NCBI GenBank assembly: GCA_964016885.1
Contig: OZ024740.1
Location: forward strand, 74,462,001 to 74,526,000
Length of the DNA: 64,000 nt
Direction: 5' to 3'
Origin: Eledone cirrhosa
Lineage: Eukaryota
The position numbers were made by a program, and so were the translations under genes. Under the pieces are notes generated by a model, which had not been told where the DNA came from, did not search any database, and saw only the letters and a program-made list of their open reading frames with translations. Each line of letters starts with the position of its first letter. Position 1 is the first letter of the stretch. Of the stretch, positions 12,813 to 26,789 are shown one piece after another.

Positions 12813-15019
12813 ACGCTCACTGCTTTTTAATTTTAAATAATTGTTTCTACTATTGGCACAAGGCCAGCAATTATACCAGTACATTACTGGTACTTTATTT
12901 TAGCGACCCTGTAAGGTGGCTGCGTACTCTACAAACATGTACACATAAACGTAATTTTCAGGGATATTCAGCGATACAAAATTAAACACTTCACTCTTTA
13001 TTCTAAACTAATTATTGCCGATGAAAGCCTTCACTTCTTCAACTCTCTATTATCAGTTCTTTCCTCCTACATTGAGAATAGTGTTAAGAAAGGGTATTAT
13101 ACTAGTAGAGCCTTATTGATTTCTCTTTCTGCATCATATGGCACAATTAACAATAGATGTATGCTCAGCAGGAATTTTAAGGTTGTAAAAGGCTTACAGA
13201 GGTGACTCAAAGTATGTTGGCAACCAAGATGTTCTTTGTGGAGTTGTGCAATAAACAAAACATACGGTGTGGATGTATATAAATACTTGAATTGGTGACT
13301 GAGCATGCACTAACACCACTGGGAGTAACTGACTCCTAATTCTAGCCAAAACATCCACTCCAAGACATTGAAAACTTGACTTTCTTCGGGTAGAAGACAT
13401 CTCTAGCAATGGGACAAATAGTTTGACTGTCTTGTAGGTTCTAAAGAGAGCAAAAAACTAAGGGAAACAACCCTGAGAGAAATATTGGACTGGAACCCTG
13501 CACACCATTTCTTGCAAAAATCTGCCAAGTCTCTGACAATTTTGGCAGTCTCATCTCTAGCTGTCTTGATTATGTTTACCCTTGGACTATAATTCAAAAC
13601 AAGTCCTTCCTACTTAGAACTAAATCACATGTAAGTCAGCTTGAATTCATCTTATTTTAGTCTGTCTTAGACCAACAAATCTCAGACAACTTCTATATTC
13701 TGCAGGCATAGCTACGTCAGCCACTATGATTTTGCTTCAATACAACCCCACGCTGTACCAAGTGCATTTTATTTTAACACCAGCACTAGGGTGGTTTTTT
13801 AGTCTTTGACACAGATAAAGAGTCTTCTTAACACTTTGTTTAGCAGGTTTTCTATGACTTGCACTAGAGAGGTTGTTGGTCACTCAACTGAAGAGCTCTA
13901 TAGAGTTGAGGAGATGGAGGTAAAAGGAATGATGGGTATAATGTTGTGGTAGTATGACAAGCATGGGGGAGTGGTGGGATTTGACAGGGTGATGAGTGGA
14001 AGGGGGTGATCTCTGATTGTGTGGGAAGTACAGTGATGATAGCAGCTACTAAGGGGTTATGTTTGGTGTGTCAGAATTTGGATGGAGTGATCCTGGATGG
14101 ATAGTGTGGGTGTTAAGATTTAAGATGAGTGGAGTTGGCTCTGAACAGAGATGGGATAGAGGTTTACAGCAATGATGAAGATAGTTACGAAGGAGTGACA
14201 ATGGAGGGAAATGAGTGTCCAATGATGTTGGGAGTAGCTACTTAGATGTGATAGTGGGGGTGGAGGCGTGGGTGGGTCATTTTCCTGCGTTAACTCTTGA
14301 AAAACTATGTGGGTCAACCTTTTGATAAGATAGAGGTTCTTGTGAAAACATCCCCAAAACAATCATTTGAATTTAAAACTATAAAAATATCAGAACCAAT
14401 CATAGATAAAGCCCTTATAAAACCTCACATAACTTAGTTGTCATCATTGTCTTCTTAATCACTGTTTAACAGCTATTTCCCATGCTTATAGTTATTTCTT
14501 TTTAAAAGACTGTGGAACCAAACTTATATATGTGTGTGTGTGTGTGTGTGTACTCATATTTTCTTTGAAATAATGGTTTCTGATTTAGGCACAAGGCCAA
14601 CAATTTGGGGGGAAGGGAAAGTCAATTAAATCGACTGTAGTGCATCACTAATACTTTATTTTATCAACCCCATAAGGATGAACAGCAAAGCTAACATAGG
14701 CAGGATTTGAACTCAGAACGTAAAGGGTTGTAACTAAATGCCACAAAGTATGTTGTCTGACACACTACCAATTCTACCAATCCACTGAACTTTGAAATAA
14801 TAACATATTATTACCACAAAGTTCTTCTTTGTCTTTTTCATTACCATCACCTCCACCTTCATCAGCAGCATTCTCTCAAACACACTCATTTACGTGCATT
14901 CACAATCACAACACTCATATGCATACACACAAGAAATATATTTCATGCTCAATGTCTGAGAAATTATAGCCCATATTTTCAAGATATACACGAGATATTA
15001 ACCCTTTCATGACTGCATT

Positions 15020-15205
15020 CGGTGGATTGGCAGTGTCGGTAGAGGGTCAGACGCCATGCTTTGACGCATTGAGTTACGGCCCTTGCCATTCTGAGTTCAA
15101 ATCCCGCCGAAGTTAACTTTGTCTTTCGTCCTTACAGGGTCGATAAAATAAAGTACCAGTAATACACTGAATAATTGCTGGCCTTGTGCCAAAAGTAGAA
15201 ACAAT
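15020..15205 (+). mobile_element. tRNA-SINE inserted in a piggyBac-like MITE (~14998-15390)
   Basis: Near copy of the 1518-1703 SINE; the flanks read TTAACCCTTT...AAAGGATTAA. Confidence 0.75.
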
Positions 15206-16089
15206 TAATTAATTAATGAAGGATTTTGAGTGATTTACTAAAATTATTAATTATGTCATTACTAAGATAGTAACTTAATGCAAGGTTCTTAAATAAAATT
15301 ATGTTGGAAGATTTTAATTTAAAATTAAAATGAGTGATTTTATTTCATAGAACCAGAGCTGGTTTTGGCCAGATTGGTAACTAAAGGATTAATGTGAAAT
15401 GGAATAAATAGAGAGAAACAGCTATTTTTCCATGAGAACATTTTTATCCATTTGGAGAAACAAAGGTAAGAAAATAATGATTTCTACTATAGACATAAGG
15501 CCAGCGATTTTGGGGGAGGAGAAAATGAGTTGTCATAGGAATGCTACCACTTAAAATGAAATTTCACCAGAGATAAATTAGCAGCATTTAATAAACTGGG
15601 GTTGGTAAAAATCTGAAAATATATATAAGGAGTGGGGGTGGGGGCATTATTCGAAACCCGTGAGTAGTCATTTATTCTTTAAGTGAAATGAAATTGCAAA
15701 AGTTATAGCCAAAATCCTATTTACAAAAGATGGTGAGTGTTTTAATATTTTAGTGTAATGTGGTCTATAAGCTATAGATTAATGTGTTGCAGTAAAGAAA
15801 CACTTCTATTGTGACCACTGCTATCAATGTAAACACAGGCAACAAAATATCTGAAGAACTTGAGTTACTTTGATGTTGTATGTAAAACAATTCATGGAAG
15901 GGTGCTCTCAATACAGCATTATACTTTCAAAATATTTATACTCTTCCACTTTCATCACTTGCAACTGCCACTCAGCTGAAGAGCAACTGCTTGTGCATTG
16001 GTGTTTCCCTGAGGCTTGGCCTCTGCATCTGTGAGCCTCACAAATGCTGCTGCAGTACCACTGTGGATCCTTTCAGTTTCCACTCACTA

Positions 16090-18530
16090 TGCTGCCTACC
16101 TCCCATGCCATTCTACTCTCAACGAGATTGTAAAGCTATGTGCAGGAGGGATGCCTCTGCAAGGCTACTCACAGACAAACTATGCAGATACAAGCTTTTC
16201 TGTGTCGAAAGGGAGAATGAGGTAGGTGGGGTAGACATTCTACTAACTGAGAAGTGAATAGATAAGGTAATAGAGGTAGTTTGAGTGACAGAATTATCAG
16301 TTTCAAAATAGTCATAGAAAATTGAATGATGACAATTATCTCTACCTATGCACCACAAGCTAGATTTGAGTAAAGAACAAAAGGACCATTTCTATGAGGA
16401 ACTTTTACAGACAACCTCATCATCTAATAGGTGACTTCAATGGACGTTGGACAAGAGAAGGATGGCTACATTGGTGTATATGGTGGATATGGTTATAACT
16501 TAAGAAATGAAGAGGAAATGAGGCTTCTAAAAACTAACCATTTGCAACATTAACTTCAAGAAACTGGCTCGCCACTTGATCACTTACCAATCAGAGAAAC
16601 ATACAAGCCAAATTGACTTTTTACTTGTTAGAGAAAGAGATAGACAGATGAATATAAATGTTAAAACCTTCCCCAGAGAATGCACTGCCCCGCATAGGTG
16701 AGTTATTAGCGACATCAGAATAAGTGCAAGACAGAACCAAAAACACGAAAATCTAAAGGAGAGTTTGGAAGCTAACAGACCTTTCTCTTATGTATAGATT
16801 CAGGAAAACTCTATGTGATGTATATGATGAGAGACATATGACATAGAAAATTTTAAGTTCCTACATGACAACCTACTAAAGACTACTGATGAGTCTTGAG
16901 GCTGAAAGAAGGTTTGCTAATGTACAGATCAGAGATGTGAAGTGTCAGTTTGAATAAGGATATTGTTGAGGAAAAGTGTGAAATGATACTGGTGCACTGA
17001 TGCTCAAAAGAAAGGTCTTGAGATGCTACTATGAGAGGCTGGTGAATGTGGAAAATGAGTGGGAGGAAGAGAGACTAACCCAACTGACTCATCAGAGGGA
17101 CTAGCTATCGAAATTGGTAGTTATTGGCTGAAAAAAGCAATCAGAGAGATGAAAAGCCACTGGACCATCAGAGATTGATGCTGAGATGCTGAAATCATCT
17201 GATAAAGTAAGATTTGAGCTAGTCACTCACATTGTCAACTAGGCAATACATGATAGGGTCATACTCAAAGACTGGCACAACAGTATACTCATTAATTTCT
17301 ACAAGGGAAAAGGTGATGCATTAGAAAAAAGCAATTACAGGGGAATAATACTAATGGACCAAGTTATGAAAGTGACAACTAGGGAGTCAAATTAGATGAG
17401 ATGCAGTTCGGTTTTACATCAGAGAGAAGCACCATAGATGGCCTCTTCTTAGTGACACAACTTCAAGAGTAAGCCTTTATGTCTAACTTTTGTTGATCTA
17501 GAGAAAGCTTTTGACAGAGTATCCCAATCTGTCATCTGGTGGTCCTTAAGGAAACCAAATATTTAAAGAATGACTTGTGAGAGCAGTGCAAGCATGTACA
17601 GAGGGGCTGTCAGTAAAGTGAGAATAGGAAGTGAGTTTATTGAAGAATTCAAGGTACAGGTAGGAGTACATCAGAGTTCAGTTCTTAGCTCACTTCTTTA
17701 TCATAGTCCTACAAGCCATAACAAAGGAGTTTAAGATTGGTTGCCCTTGGCAACTTCTGTACACTGATAATCTGTATAAAAACTAGAGAATAAATTCCAG
17801 GTGTGGAAACAGAACTTAAGAGTCAAAAGAGCTGAGAGTAAACTTTGCAAAAACCAAAATGGTAATAGGTAGGAAAGAAGATAAGGCCCTGATCCCATCA
17901 GAGAAGTGGATCTGCTCTATACGTAAAGAAATAGGGAGAAACTCTATACAATGTACACAATTAAATCCTGGCTATACAAGAAGTGTAGTAGGATAGCAGG
18001 CAGACTAACACAAAAGGAAGACTTTGTATGTAGTAGATATTCAGGGTCAATTGATAGTAAGAGTGCAAGTGATATAAATCTTTCCCAATCCCAGGAAGGA
18101 TCAATAGAAGTGGTTGATAGCATAATAGCTAGAATAAAAACAGGATGGAATAAGTTTAAGGAGCTACTACTTCTATTGACAGCAAAGGGTCAGCTGTATG
18201 ATGCCTGTATGAAAAGTACGATGCTGCATGATAGTGAGACATGGGCAGTGAACAGATATACATAGGCTGTGTTTGTCTCCTGCATGCTTCACTGGATGTG
18301 CAATATTAATGTGTACATAGATGAACAGAGATAAACTGGGTATAAGAGGAATCAGATGTAGTGTACAAGAGAGAAGACCTAGGTGGAAGTGGTGAGAGCT
18401 GATCTCAATCACTGAAGCTCACAGAAGAGATGACAATGGGATGCAACAAGTGGGGGGAACACTGCTGAAAAAGGCCCATCCAACCCATGCCAGCATGGAA
18501 CAGCAGACGTAAAATAATAATGATGATATA
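16090..18530 (+). mobile_element. Degenerate, internally deleted RTE LINE (endonuclease to tail)
   Basis: Remnants of IISTYAPQ, GDFNG, GPSEIDAEML, VDLEKAFDRV, RIKTGWNKFKEL, MLHDSETW; (ATG)n-like tail at ~18520. Confidence 0.85.
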
Positions 18531-18574
18531 ATAATAATAATAATTTCTTTATTATTATTATATAATAATAATGA

Positions 18575-18762
18575 AATTATTGTGTACAGTGCTCAGGTGC
18601 ACTACAACTCATCAAAGGTGCATGTATAGTACATAGAATAATGTACAAATGTCAGGAAAGTGAACAGTGTATGAGTCATGATATACATGTGTGCGTGTGT
18701 ATGGAGAGGGGATATCAGGTGTAGTGTTGGCGAATTTCAGGAAGCATGGAGGTTTTAAAGGA
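18575..18762 (-). mobile_element. CR1 3'-end fragment with (ATT)n tail
   Basis: Matches 11174-11350 (TGCTCAGGTGCACTACAACTCATCAAA...GGCGAATTTC.GGAAGCATG). Confidence 0.85.
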
Positions 18763-18835
18763 AGGTCTCAGGATAGAACCAGGTAAAACTAGTTAGACCA
18801 TTACTCAACAGAGTACTTGATAGTAGAGTATGATT

Positions 18836-18946
18836 ATATTATAAAGAGTCAAGGCCCAACAGCAGAGCTCTTGCCATTTCAACAGCTAGTTCCAGGTGTT
18901 GAAAAGGCAAGAACTCAGCCATTGTACCCTAACTCTTTATAATATA
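18836..18946. repeat. ~110-bp palindromic hairpin repeat (same family as 28007-28120)
   Basis: TATATTATAAAGAGT...GAGCTCTTGCCATTTCAACA pairs with TGTTGAAAAGGCAAGAACTC...ACTCTTTATAATATA. Confidence 0.8.
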
Positions 18947-19419
18947 CTAGCAGTGGTACCCGGCGTTGCACGGGGTAAGGTATTTTGGAACACGGGCCAC
19001 TAACAGACCTAATCGTGGAAAAACTGCATGCCTGGACAATATGTAAAGAAAATAAACTGAATACTCTGATGGCTGGATAATCTTTATATTTTCCTCGATG
19101 AAGCAGGAAAAATGCAGATTTTCACCTAATGTAGGCCCTAGGGGATCAAGAAAATGAATTTTTTTTATGTGCATAATATGCCTTGCAATTTCAGAAAAAT
19201 CTGCTAGACAACGCGTCAAAAAAGCCCTAAAAAGCTGAAAAAATGAAGTTTTTCACCTAATGCAGGCCCTAGGCCATAAAAAAGTTGGATTTTTTTGTGC
19301 ATAACACTCCCTGAAACATGAGTAATACACATTTAAAGTTTGAAAAAATTGGTTGGGTACTTCTCGAGTTTTAGGGATTAAAACTCACAGACAGACATCC
19401 TCAATTTTATATATATAGA
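18947..19419 (-). mobile_element. Non-autonomous Helitron (473 bp)
   Basis: Minus strand begins A|TCTATATATATAAAATTGAGGATGTCTGTCTG and ends with hairpin CCCCGTGCAACGCCGGG then ...GCTAG|T; no TSD. Confidence 0.9.
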
Positions 19420-20593
19420 TATATAAAGCAATGAATTAGCAGAGTTGTTAGTATGTTGGACCGAATGCTTTGCAATATTTCAAATTCTTCTAAGTCAACT
19501 TTGCTTCTTATCCTTTTGGTGTCAATAAATAAAGTACCAGTTCAGTGGCAGTGGATTGGTAAAATTGACAGAGCATTGACTGAGTTGCTTTGCCATATCT
19601 GAGTTCATGCTTCCTGTCACTGAAAAAGCACTGGAGTTGTAACCAACAGATAGTATCAGTAATAGAAAGTTTCTTTGGTCTGATCTAGAAAATCTCTAAC
19701 ATTTAAGACCTCAGACCCATACCTAAAGGTTTCATGCAGCCATAACTGTCAATCAGTAGAATTGTTAGAACTTTAGAGAGAATGAGTTTCTTCCAGTACT
19801 CTGCACAGGTGTGATCAAATTCCAGAGGTCCACTTTGCTTTTCATACTTTCTTGGTCAATAAAGAAAATAACAGCTCAGTGATGGTGCAGCCCCACTTCA
19901 CTCTCTATGTTTGTAGCTATCACACCCTGAATAACCCACTGGATCGAGAGCAAGAGAGTAAATAGGGTACCTGTGAATGCTTGACTACATGGTCAGCTAA
20001 AACCCTTAGCAAAAGCATGGTAATGCTAGAAAGTCATCCTTGACAGTGAGTGAAAGCCAGTTTTTCATACTAAGATAACATTAGTTATGTTTGTCTTTCA
20101 GTTACTATGCTTTTATATGTTTACTGGTTTCAGTTATTAGACTGTGGTCATGCAGGGAAACTGCCCTGAAGGAATTTAGTTGATCATATCAACTCCAGTA
20201 CTTTTTTTTCTCAAATCTGGTACATATTTCATCAATCTACTTTTATCGGACCAACCACTAACTTATGCCACGTGATTTCAAAGCGAACTTCTTAATAAAA
20301 CAGCCAAGCCTGGAACTATCAAAATCCTTGGGAAAAAATTTGCTGTCTGAATTCCCTGGACTTTGTAGAAAACTCATCTGATGCTTCAACAATTCCATCA
20401 ACCCACCAACCTGAACTGGCACTTTATTTTTTTTTTTTAGTTGCAAAAAATTAAAAGGTAAAGTTAACCACTGCAGGATTTTAACTCAGGGCACAGAAAG
20501 TTGGAACAAATACCATAAGGCATGTTTCCCTACACTCTAATGGCTCTCCAATATAAATAACAGCAACAATTTTCAAAACAAAAAAAAAACAAC

Positions 20594-20599
20594 TTTATT
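20594..20599 (-). promoter_or_regulatory. Candidate ZPR1 polyadenylation signal AATAAA
   Basis: AATAAA about 47 nt after the stop codon, followed by a GT/T-rich tract. Confidence 0.6.
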
Positions 20600-20645
20600 G
20601 TATATTGAATACAAAATCAAGACGAATTAGATGCAGTAAATTTTT

Positions 20646-20756
20646 TTAATAATTCTCAGTTTTCATATCATTGATGCCTAAACTGTCATTCTGTTCAAAA
20701 TCTCTTTCATAATATGTGATTTTGAGGTCAGGGTCCTCTTCGGGGAAACACAAATC
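20646..20756 (-). CDS. ZPR1: ZPR1 coding exon 14 (last)
   Basis: ttccttcAG|[36 protein letters not shown]; matches the conserved ZPR1 C-terminus (QN..LG.NDMKTE.Y). Confidence 0.95.
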   Translation of the reverse strand, partial: DLCFPEEDPDLKITYYERDFEQNDSLGINDMKTENY

Positions 20757-21119
20757 CTGAAGGAAAGAAAATACAAATAAATAACAAACAAACAAAAATT
20801 TAAGTTGAGAAACACAAATAATAAAAAAGAAAGTTTTATAAAGATATTACTGATCATATATAAATGAAGAAGCAGTGAGTACTCTTTAGTCTTGTGGGAT
20901 TCAAGACAACCTCACCAGGAAAAAATGTGCTCATTACACTCTGTAAAATGATTGAAAAATGAGTAGAGACAATGTAGGTTGAGAAGACCCTTTAGTCAAA
21001 CTGTTAAAACCATGCAAAAACTGGAATGTCCAGCAAAATGTCGTCCTCCAACTCACTTAGGAGGGAAGTAATTCTGAATAAGAACTGACTCAGACTGTGA
21101 TGAGAATTTCTATAACTAA

Positions 21120-21565
21120 CTATAACTGGGACGAGGTGATTAAAAACTGACCTTGCCCACCTACACCTCTCTATGACAATGACACTGGATCGAGACCTTT
21201 GGTGCTATGCAGTTGTACAGAAGACCCGACTGCCATTGCATACAAACCTAGTCAGTAGGCACCTCTTAACTCAATGTACACCCCCAGCGCCTACCCCACC
21301 CTCCCTCTCCCGTTCCATCCACTGTGTCGATGACACAACAGTCCACACTGTAAGGTGGCCATGTAGGAGACATGGTGAAAAGTCTCCCAGTCCACACTGT
21401 AAATCTGGTTGGTGTTAGCAAGTGCATCCAGCTGTAAAAAAAACCTGCCAGAGACGCTTACGTGCGAGCGAGACATGGTCTCCCGACCATTCCAGCATTA
21501 AATGGAACAAAACCGTCTAACCCATGCTAGAATGGAAGATGGACGTTAAACGATGATGATGAACT
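21120..21565 (+). mobile_element. RTE 3' end with tail ending in (ATG)n
   Basis: TWDEVIK...TLDRDLWCYAV, then GGTTGGTGTTAG..GCATCCAGCTGTA...GGACGTTAAACGATGATGATG. Confidence 0.8.
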
Positions 21566-21904
21566 AGCTCAGAGATCTTACATATTTTTGTATTAGTGGT
21601 AGGTAGACATAGAAAAAAATAGAAATAAGGCATAAGATCAGCCAATTCCAATGAGCAGAGGCCACTGTATCATCATCATCATCATTTTACGTCCACTTTT
21701 CCCTGCTTGCAAGAGTGAAAAGAGACAGAGTGAAAAGAATACATGTCTGTGTGCCAGAGGTTAGACTGTGTTGATGAGCAGCTTCATACCAATCAACTGG
21801 GTGGCTCAAAAAAGATGAGACCCAAGTTGAAATTACAATCTTTCAGACATTAAACTGATATGGCCTCTCTAGTTATAACTTCAAAATTGTTTTAGAATAA
21901 AACT

Positions 21905-22280
21905 ATATCATCATTATCATCACCATTTTATGTCCATTCTTCCATGCTAGCATGGGTTAAACGGGTTGTCCTGTTGTGGGCAATGCCAGATTGGGTGACC
22001 TTGTCTTGCTCATACGGGAACTGATTTTGACTTGATTTCTACAGCTGGATGCCCTTCCTAATACCAACCTCATTTAGTGAGTACTGGGTGCTTTTTTACC
22101 ATGGCACCTACACGACCACTTTACAGTGAGGGCTGGGTGCTTTTTTGTCGTGATACCTCTATGACCACTTTGCAGTTGCCGGGGGTGGGAGCATATTGTC
22201 TATATGCTTCAGCTTCGGCTTGTACCCGTGGGAAGTCGGGTCTTCTGTATTACTGTCAGCTTCGGCTTGTACCCGTGGGA
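21905..22280 (-). mobile_element. RTE 3' UTR/tail copy
   Basis: Reverse complement of the RTE tail; closely matches 24995-25340. Confidence 0.8.
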
Positions 22281-22822
22281 AAACGATATTCCCAAGCGAT
22301 AATTTCTTATAGGGAATTATTATTGATTTTTTGGGGGCATGGTATTCAAGAAAAATTACCTCAACAAACTCCAATTTTAAATAAATATTTTTTTGCACAA
22401 TGTATATTTTATAGTAATTCCTATTAACCTCAACATCAGTTCATTTTGAAGCCCATGATACCAAGCTTCTTTTGATTTAATTATATCCATTATAAGGTTA
22501 GGTTACTTTAATTCTTCCATTTATACAATAAACATTTTAAGGCCATTTTCCCTGATAATGCAAGGGTTAGCTTTGCAGATCCCATGACAAGTTTCTCCAT
22601 TTTGCCCTATTGTCTGCATTCCCCACCCCCTCGACTTTCATTTCCTCTTCCATCATCTTTAGCCATGTACTCCCACTTCCTCTACTTCTTTCCACATTCC
22701 TCTCATTTAATTTCTCTTCACAGCATTTATCATTTGTTCTATTCCTATCACTCTCAATGTCTTCTTTACAAGGGAGTAGTTCAGTTCCTCCATTTATATT
22801 GAGAATTGATATTTTAGCTCAC

Positions 22823-22891
22823 CTGGATATAGCTGTTGCCTGCAGAATCATCAAGAATCAAATGTACATTAAGTTTCTCTCCCGATATAAT
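22823..22891 (-). CDS. ZPR1: ZPR1 coding exon 13
   Basis: ttttacAG|IISGEKLNVHLILDDSAGNSYIQ|GTGAGC, 69 nt. Confidence 0.95.
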
Positions 22892-22934
22892 CTGTAAAAC
22901 AAACAATCAGAACTTAGAAATAATAGTTTCCAAT

Positions 22935-24664
22935 TAAAATGCAACAAATAACATAGAGCAAACCAGGGGTAAATTATAAACATACAAATTATTATTTAAC
23001 CCTTTCAAACCATATACCTAAAAAAAAGATGCTACCTATGATTTTCAAATAATTTTGAAAAGAATGAAGAATTTGGTAAGGGTTAGTACTATAACTAACC
23101 TCCTCATTATTAAGCTGGGTTCTGGAACATAGTTTAGGGTTTTAGACACCCTGCCCCCAGCCCACATTGTAAAGTGGTCATTTTAGTGCCATGACAAAAA
23201 GTGTCCAACCAACACTGTAAAGTGGTCGTGTAGGTGTCACAACAAAAAGCGTCCATCACATACTGCAAAGGGGTTGCGTAGGTGTCACAACAAAAAGTAC
23301 CCAGTATGCACTATGTGGTTGGCATTAGGAAGGGCATCCAGCTGTAGAAACCAAGCCAAAACTAGTTCTGTATGAGCAAGACAGTCATTTGATCTGGCTT
23401 GTCTCACAACAGGACAACTCATCTAAACCATGCTAGCTTGGAAAAATGGACGTTAAATGATGATGATGATGATGAATACCTTAAAACAAATAGTTTTGTA
23501 TTGAAGAACCAGAAGCAGTTTCAGGTAGTTTAAGTATCAAAAGGATCCAAAATTAATTTTTTATTGCCAGAAAAAATTGTCGCTAATAAAGCAGCAAAAT
23601 GGCAGTCATTGGAGCTTCAGACAAAATGCTTTGCAATATTTGTTCTGACCCTCTGTACACTGAGTTCAAATCTTGCTGGCGTCCAGTATTAATAACATAA
23701 CATGCCAGTTTAGGGAAGTAAATTGGTAGAATTGGTGGAGTGTTGGATGAAATGCCTTATGGTGTTTGTTCTGGCTCTTTGCATTCCCAGTTCAAATCTA
23801 AAATGCAACAAATAACATAGAGCAAACCAGGGGTAAATTATAAACATACAAATTATTATTTAACCCTTTCAAACCATATACCTAAAAAAAAGATGCTACC
23901 TATGATTTTCAAATAATTTTGAAAAGAATGAAGAATTTGGTAAGGGTTAGTACTATAACTAACCTCCTCATTATTAAGCTGGGTTCTGGAACATAGTTTA
24001 GGGTTTTAGACACCCTGCCCCCAGCCCACATTGTAAAGTGGTCATTTTAGTGCCATGACAAAAAGTGTCCAACCAACACTGTAAAGTGGTCGTGTAGGTG
24101 TCACAACAAAAAGCGTCCATCACATACTGCAAAGGGGTTGCGTAGGTGTCACAACAAAAAGTACCCAGTATGCACTATGTGGTTGGCATTAGGAAGGGCA
24201 TCCAGCTGTAGAAACCAAGCCAAAACTAGTTCTGTATGAGCAAGACAGTCATTTGATCTGGCTTGTCTCACAACAGGACAACTCATCTAAACCATGCTAG
24301 CTTGGAAAAATGGACGTTAAATGATGATGATGATGATGAATACCTTAAAACAAATAGTTTTGTATTGAAGAACCAGAAGCAGTTTCAGGTAGTTTAAGTA
24401 TCAAAAGGATCCAAAATTAATTTTTTATTGCCAGAAAAAATTGTCGTTAATAAAGCAGCAAAATGGCAGTCATTGGAGCTTCAGACAAAATGCTTTGCAA
24501 TATTTGTTCTGACCCTCTGTACACTGAGTTCAAATCTTGCTGGCGTCCAGTATTAATAACATAACATGCCAGTTTAGGGAAGTAAATTGGTAGAATTGGT
24601 GGAGTGTTGGATGAAATGCCTTATGGTGTTTGTTCTGGCTCTTTGCATTCCCAGTTCAAATCTA
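22935..24664. repeat. Near-perfect 864-bp tandem duplication in ZPR1 intron 12
   Basis: 22935-23800 is repeated at 23799-24664 with TA microhomology at the junction; only one substitution spotted (GTCGCTAA vs GTCGTTAA). Confidence 0.95.
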
Positions 24665-24994
24665 GATGTGGCCTACTTAGATGGTAGACTAAATATGTGG
24701 CTTAACACCACTACCTGGCCATTGGGAGCCTTTAGCTAAGTCCTATACTGTTGCAAACATTTTGCCCAGTCTCCAGCTTAAGGATACCTTTCACTCTCAA
24801 ACGCCTTGAAAACAGTCATAGGCACTGCCCTTCTCTCCCTGACTATCAGAAGAAATATATATAATTTTTAGTGACTTTTCTATGCTGGTATGGGTTGGAC
24901 AGGACTTTTTGAACCAATGTTTTACAATCAAATGCCTTTCCTGACACCATATCTTTTACTAGCTTCTTACAACACGGTGTAACTATATATATAT

Positions 24995-25803
24995 CATCAT
25001 CATCACCGTTTTACGTCCGTCCTTCCACACTAGCATGGGTTAGACGGCTTGTCCTGTTATGGGCAGTGTCTGGTTGGCTGACCTTGTCTTGCTCATACAG
25101 GGACTGATTCTGGGTTGATTTCTACAGCTGGATGCCCTTCCTAACACCAACCTCATTTACAGTGAGTGCTGGGTGCTTTTTTTCCGTGGCGCCTACACAT
25201 CCACTTTACACTGTGGGCTGGGTGCTTCTTTGCCATGGCACCTCCATGACCACTTTGCAGTGGGAGGGGGTGTGGGCATATTGTCTATATGCTTCAGCTT
25301 CGGCTTGTACCCGTGGGGGGTCGGGTCTTCTGTATTACTGCGTGACGCCAGAGATCACGGTCGTGTGTCATCGCCTTTTATCACCTCATCCCAGGTCTTC
25401 TTGGGTCTCCCCACTCCGTGGTTTCCATCGACTTCTAGTGCTCTGCACCATTTTATGCAGCTGACATCCTTCATACGCATCACATGTCCATACCAACGCA
25501 ACCACCTCTCCTGCACACAGCATTTGATTCCTCTTATGCTCAGTCTCTCTCTCAATTCATTTATGCTTTGTCGTTTGTCGCGTATATTACTATTACACAT
25601 CCATCGGAACATGCAGGCGTCGTTTCTTTCTAATCTACGCAAGTCTTCCACAGACAGCGCCCAGGTCTCACTACCATGTAACATTGCTGTTCGTATACAC
25701 GCATCATACAGTCTGCCTTTCATTTTGAGGGAAAAGCCTTTTGCAGCTAACAGTGGCAGTAGTTCCCTGAATTTCTTCCATCCCGTTCTTACCCTAGTTA
25801 TTG
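24995..25803 (-). mobile_element. 5'-truncated RTE LINE with intact 3' UTR and (ATG)n tail
   Basis: MKGRLYDACIRTAMLHGSETW...WLRWYGHVMRM...GRPKKTWDEVIK. Confidence 0.92.
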
Positions 25804-26472
25804 TACTTTATATATATATATACATACATATATATATATAAATACATTATCGGAGAAAGCTTTTTAGCAATACTCTGGCCAAATTCCAACTCACTCAACA
25901 AACATTAGGAAATAAGTGAGTATATTCCTAATTAGGCGTTCGAGGTGCTAACTAAATGTGTGAAAAATTGACTGTATTATTTCATATGAGACATATCAAA
26001 TATATCTCTTCCCAGACGGACGTCTCGTTTCATTATAGGAATATATATATATGAATGGAAAACAATAGTTCTATATCAAAGTTAGCAATTTTCAAGATAA
26101 AGTGACATTTTATATAATGTATATCCCAAAGTCGAAGGTACTATTTTTTCATAAAATAAATCTCAAAAATTTACTATGTATCCTAGAAGATGAAGGGTAC
26201 ATTTTTCATATGCCAATTCTAATCAAAGATAAAAGTTATTTATGCAAGACATTAATTTCAACTCCTAAATGTATCTGTTCTCTGCTATCCAACCCATGCT
26301 GTTTAAAAAAACCTTGCTGATATCAATGAAAGATACAAAGAGCTGTGTATAAAGGTTGAAAGCTGTTATATAACCACCTCACTTGCTTCAAAGAAATGGC
26401 ACAAAGAAAAATTATGTAAAATTCAAGATAATATGAAATATCAATAGAAATAAATAAATTAACAAAAATTAC

Positions 26473-26562
26473 CTGTGAAATATTACTTCCGAATTCAGCA
26501 AATTTTGCTTTTGTATCTTCAAGAGCAGTATCACCAAAGCAAAATGGATTACTTTTTGATAG
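26473..26562 (-). CDS. ZPR1: ZPR1 coding exon 12
   Basis: AG|LSKSNPFCFGDTALEDTKAKFAEFGSNISQ|GTAATT, 90 nt; NPF..GD motif. Confidence 0.92.
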
Positions 26563-26789
26563 CTTTGGATTAAAAAAAAAGGAATATTTATAAACTTGTG
26601 GTTATGTAAGTATAGGTGTATATACATAATGTGTGTGTGTGTGTGTATATTTATTTATATATATACATAGAGAGAGAGAGAGACATGTACATATGCATAC
26701 ACACACACACACGTGTGTATACATGTATATATGCATAGACACACATATGTGTGTGTGTGTGTATACATGTATATATATACACACACACA

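Noticed and set aside
16886-16910. CTGATGAGTCTTGAGGCTGAAA hammerhead-like string
   Set aside because: Extra base before GAAA, no stem I or III, and it sits at a deletion junction inside a decayed RTE.
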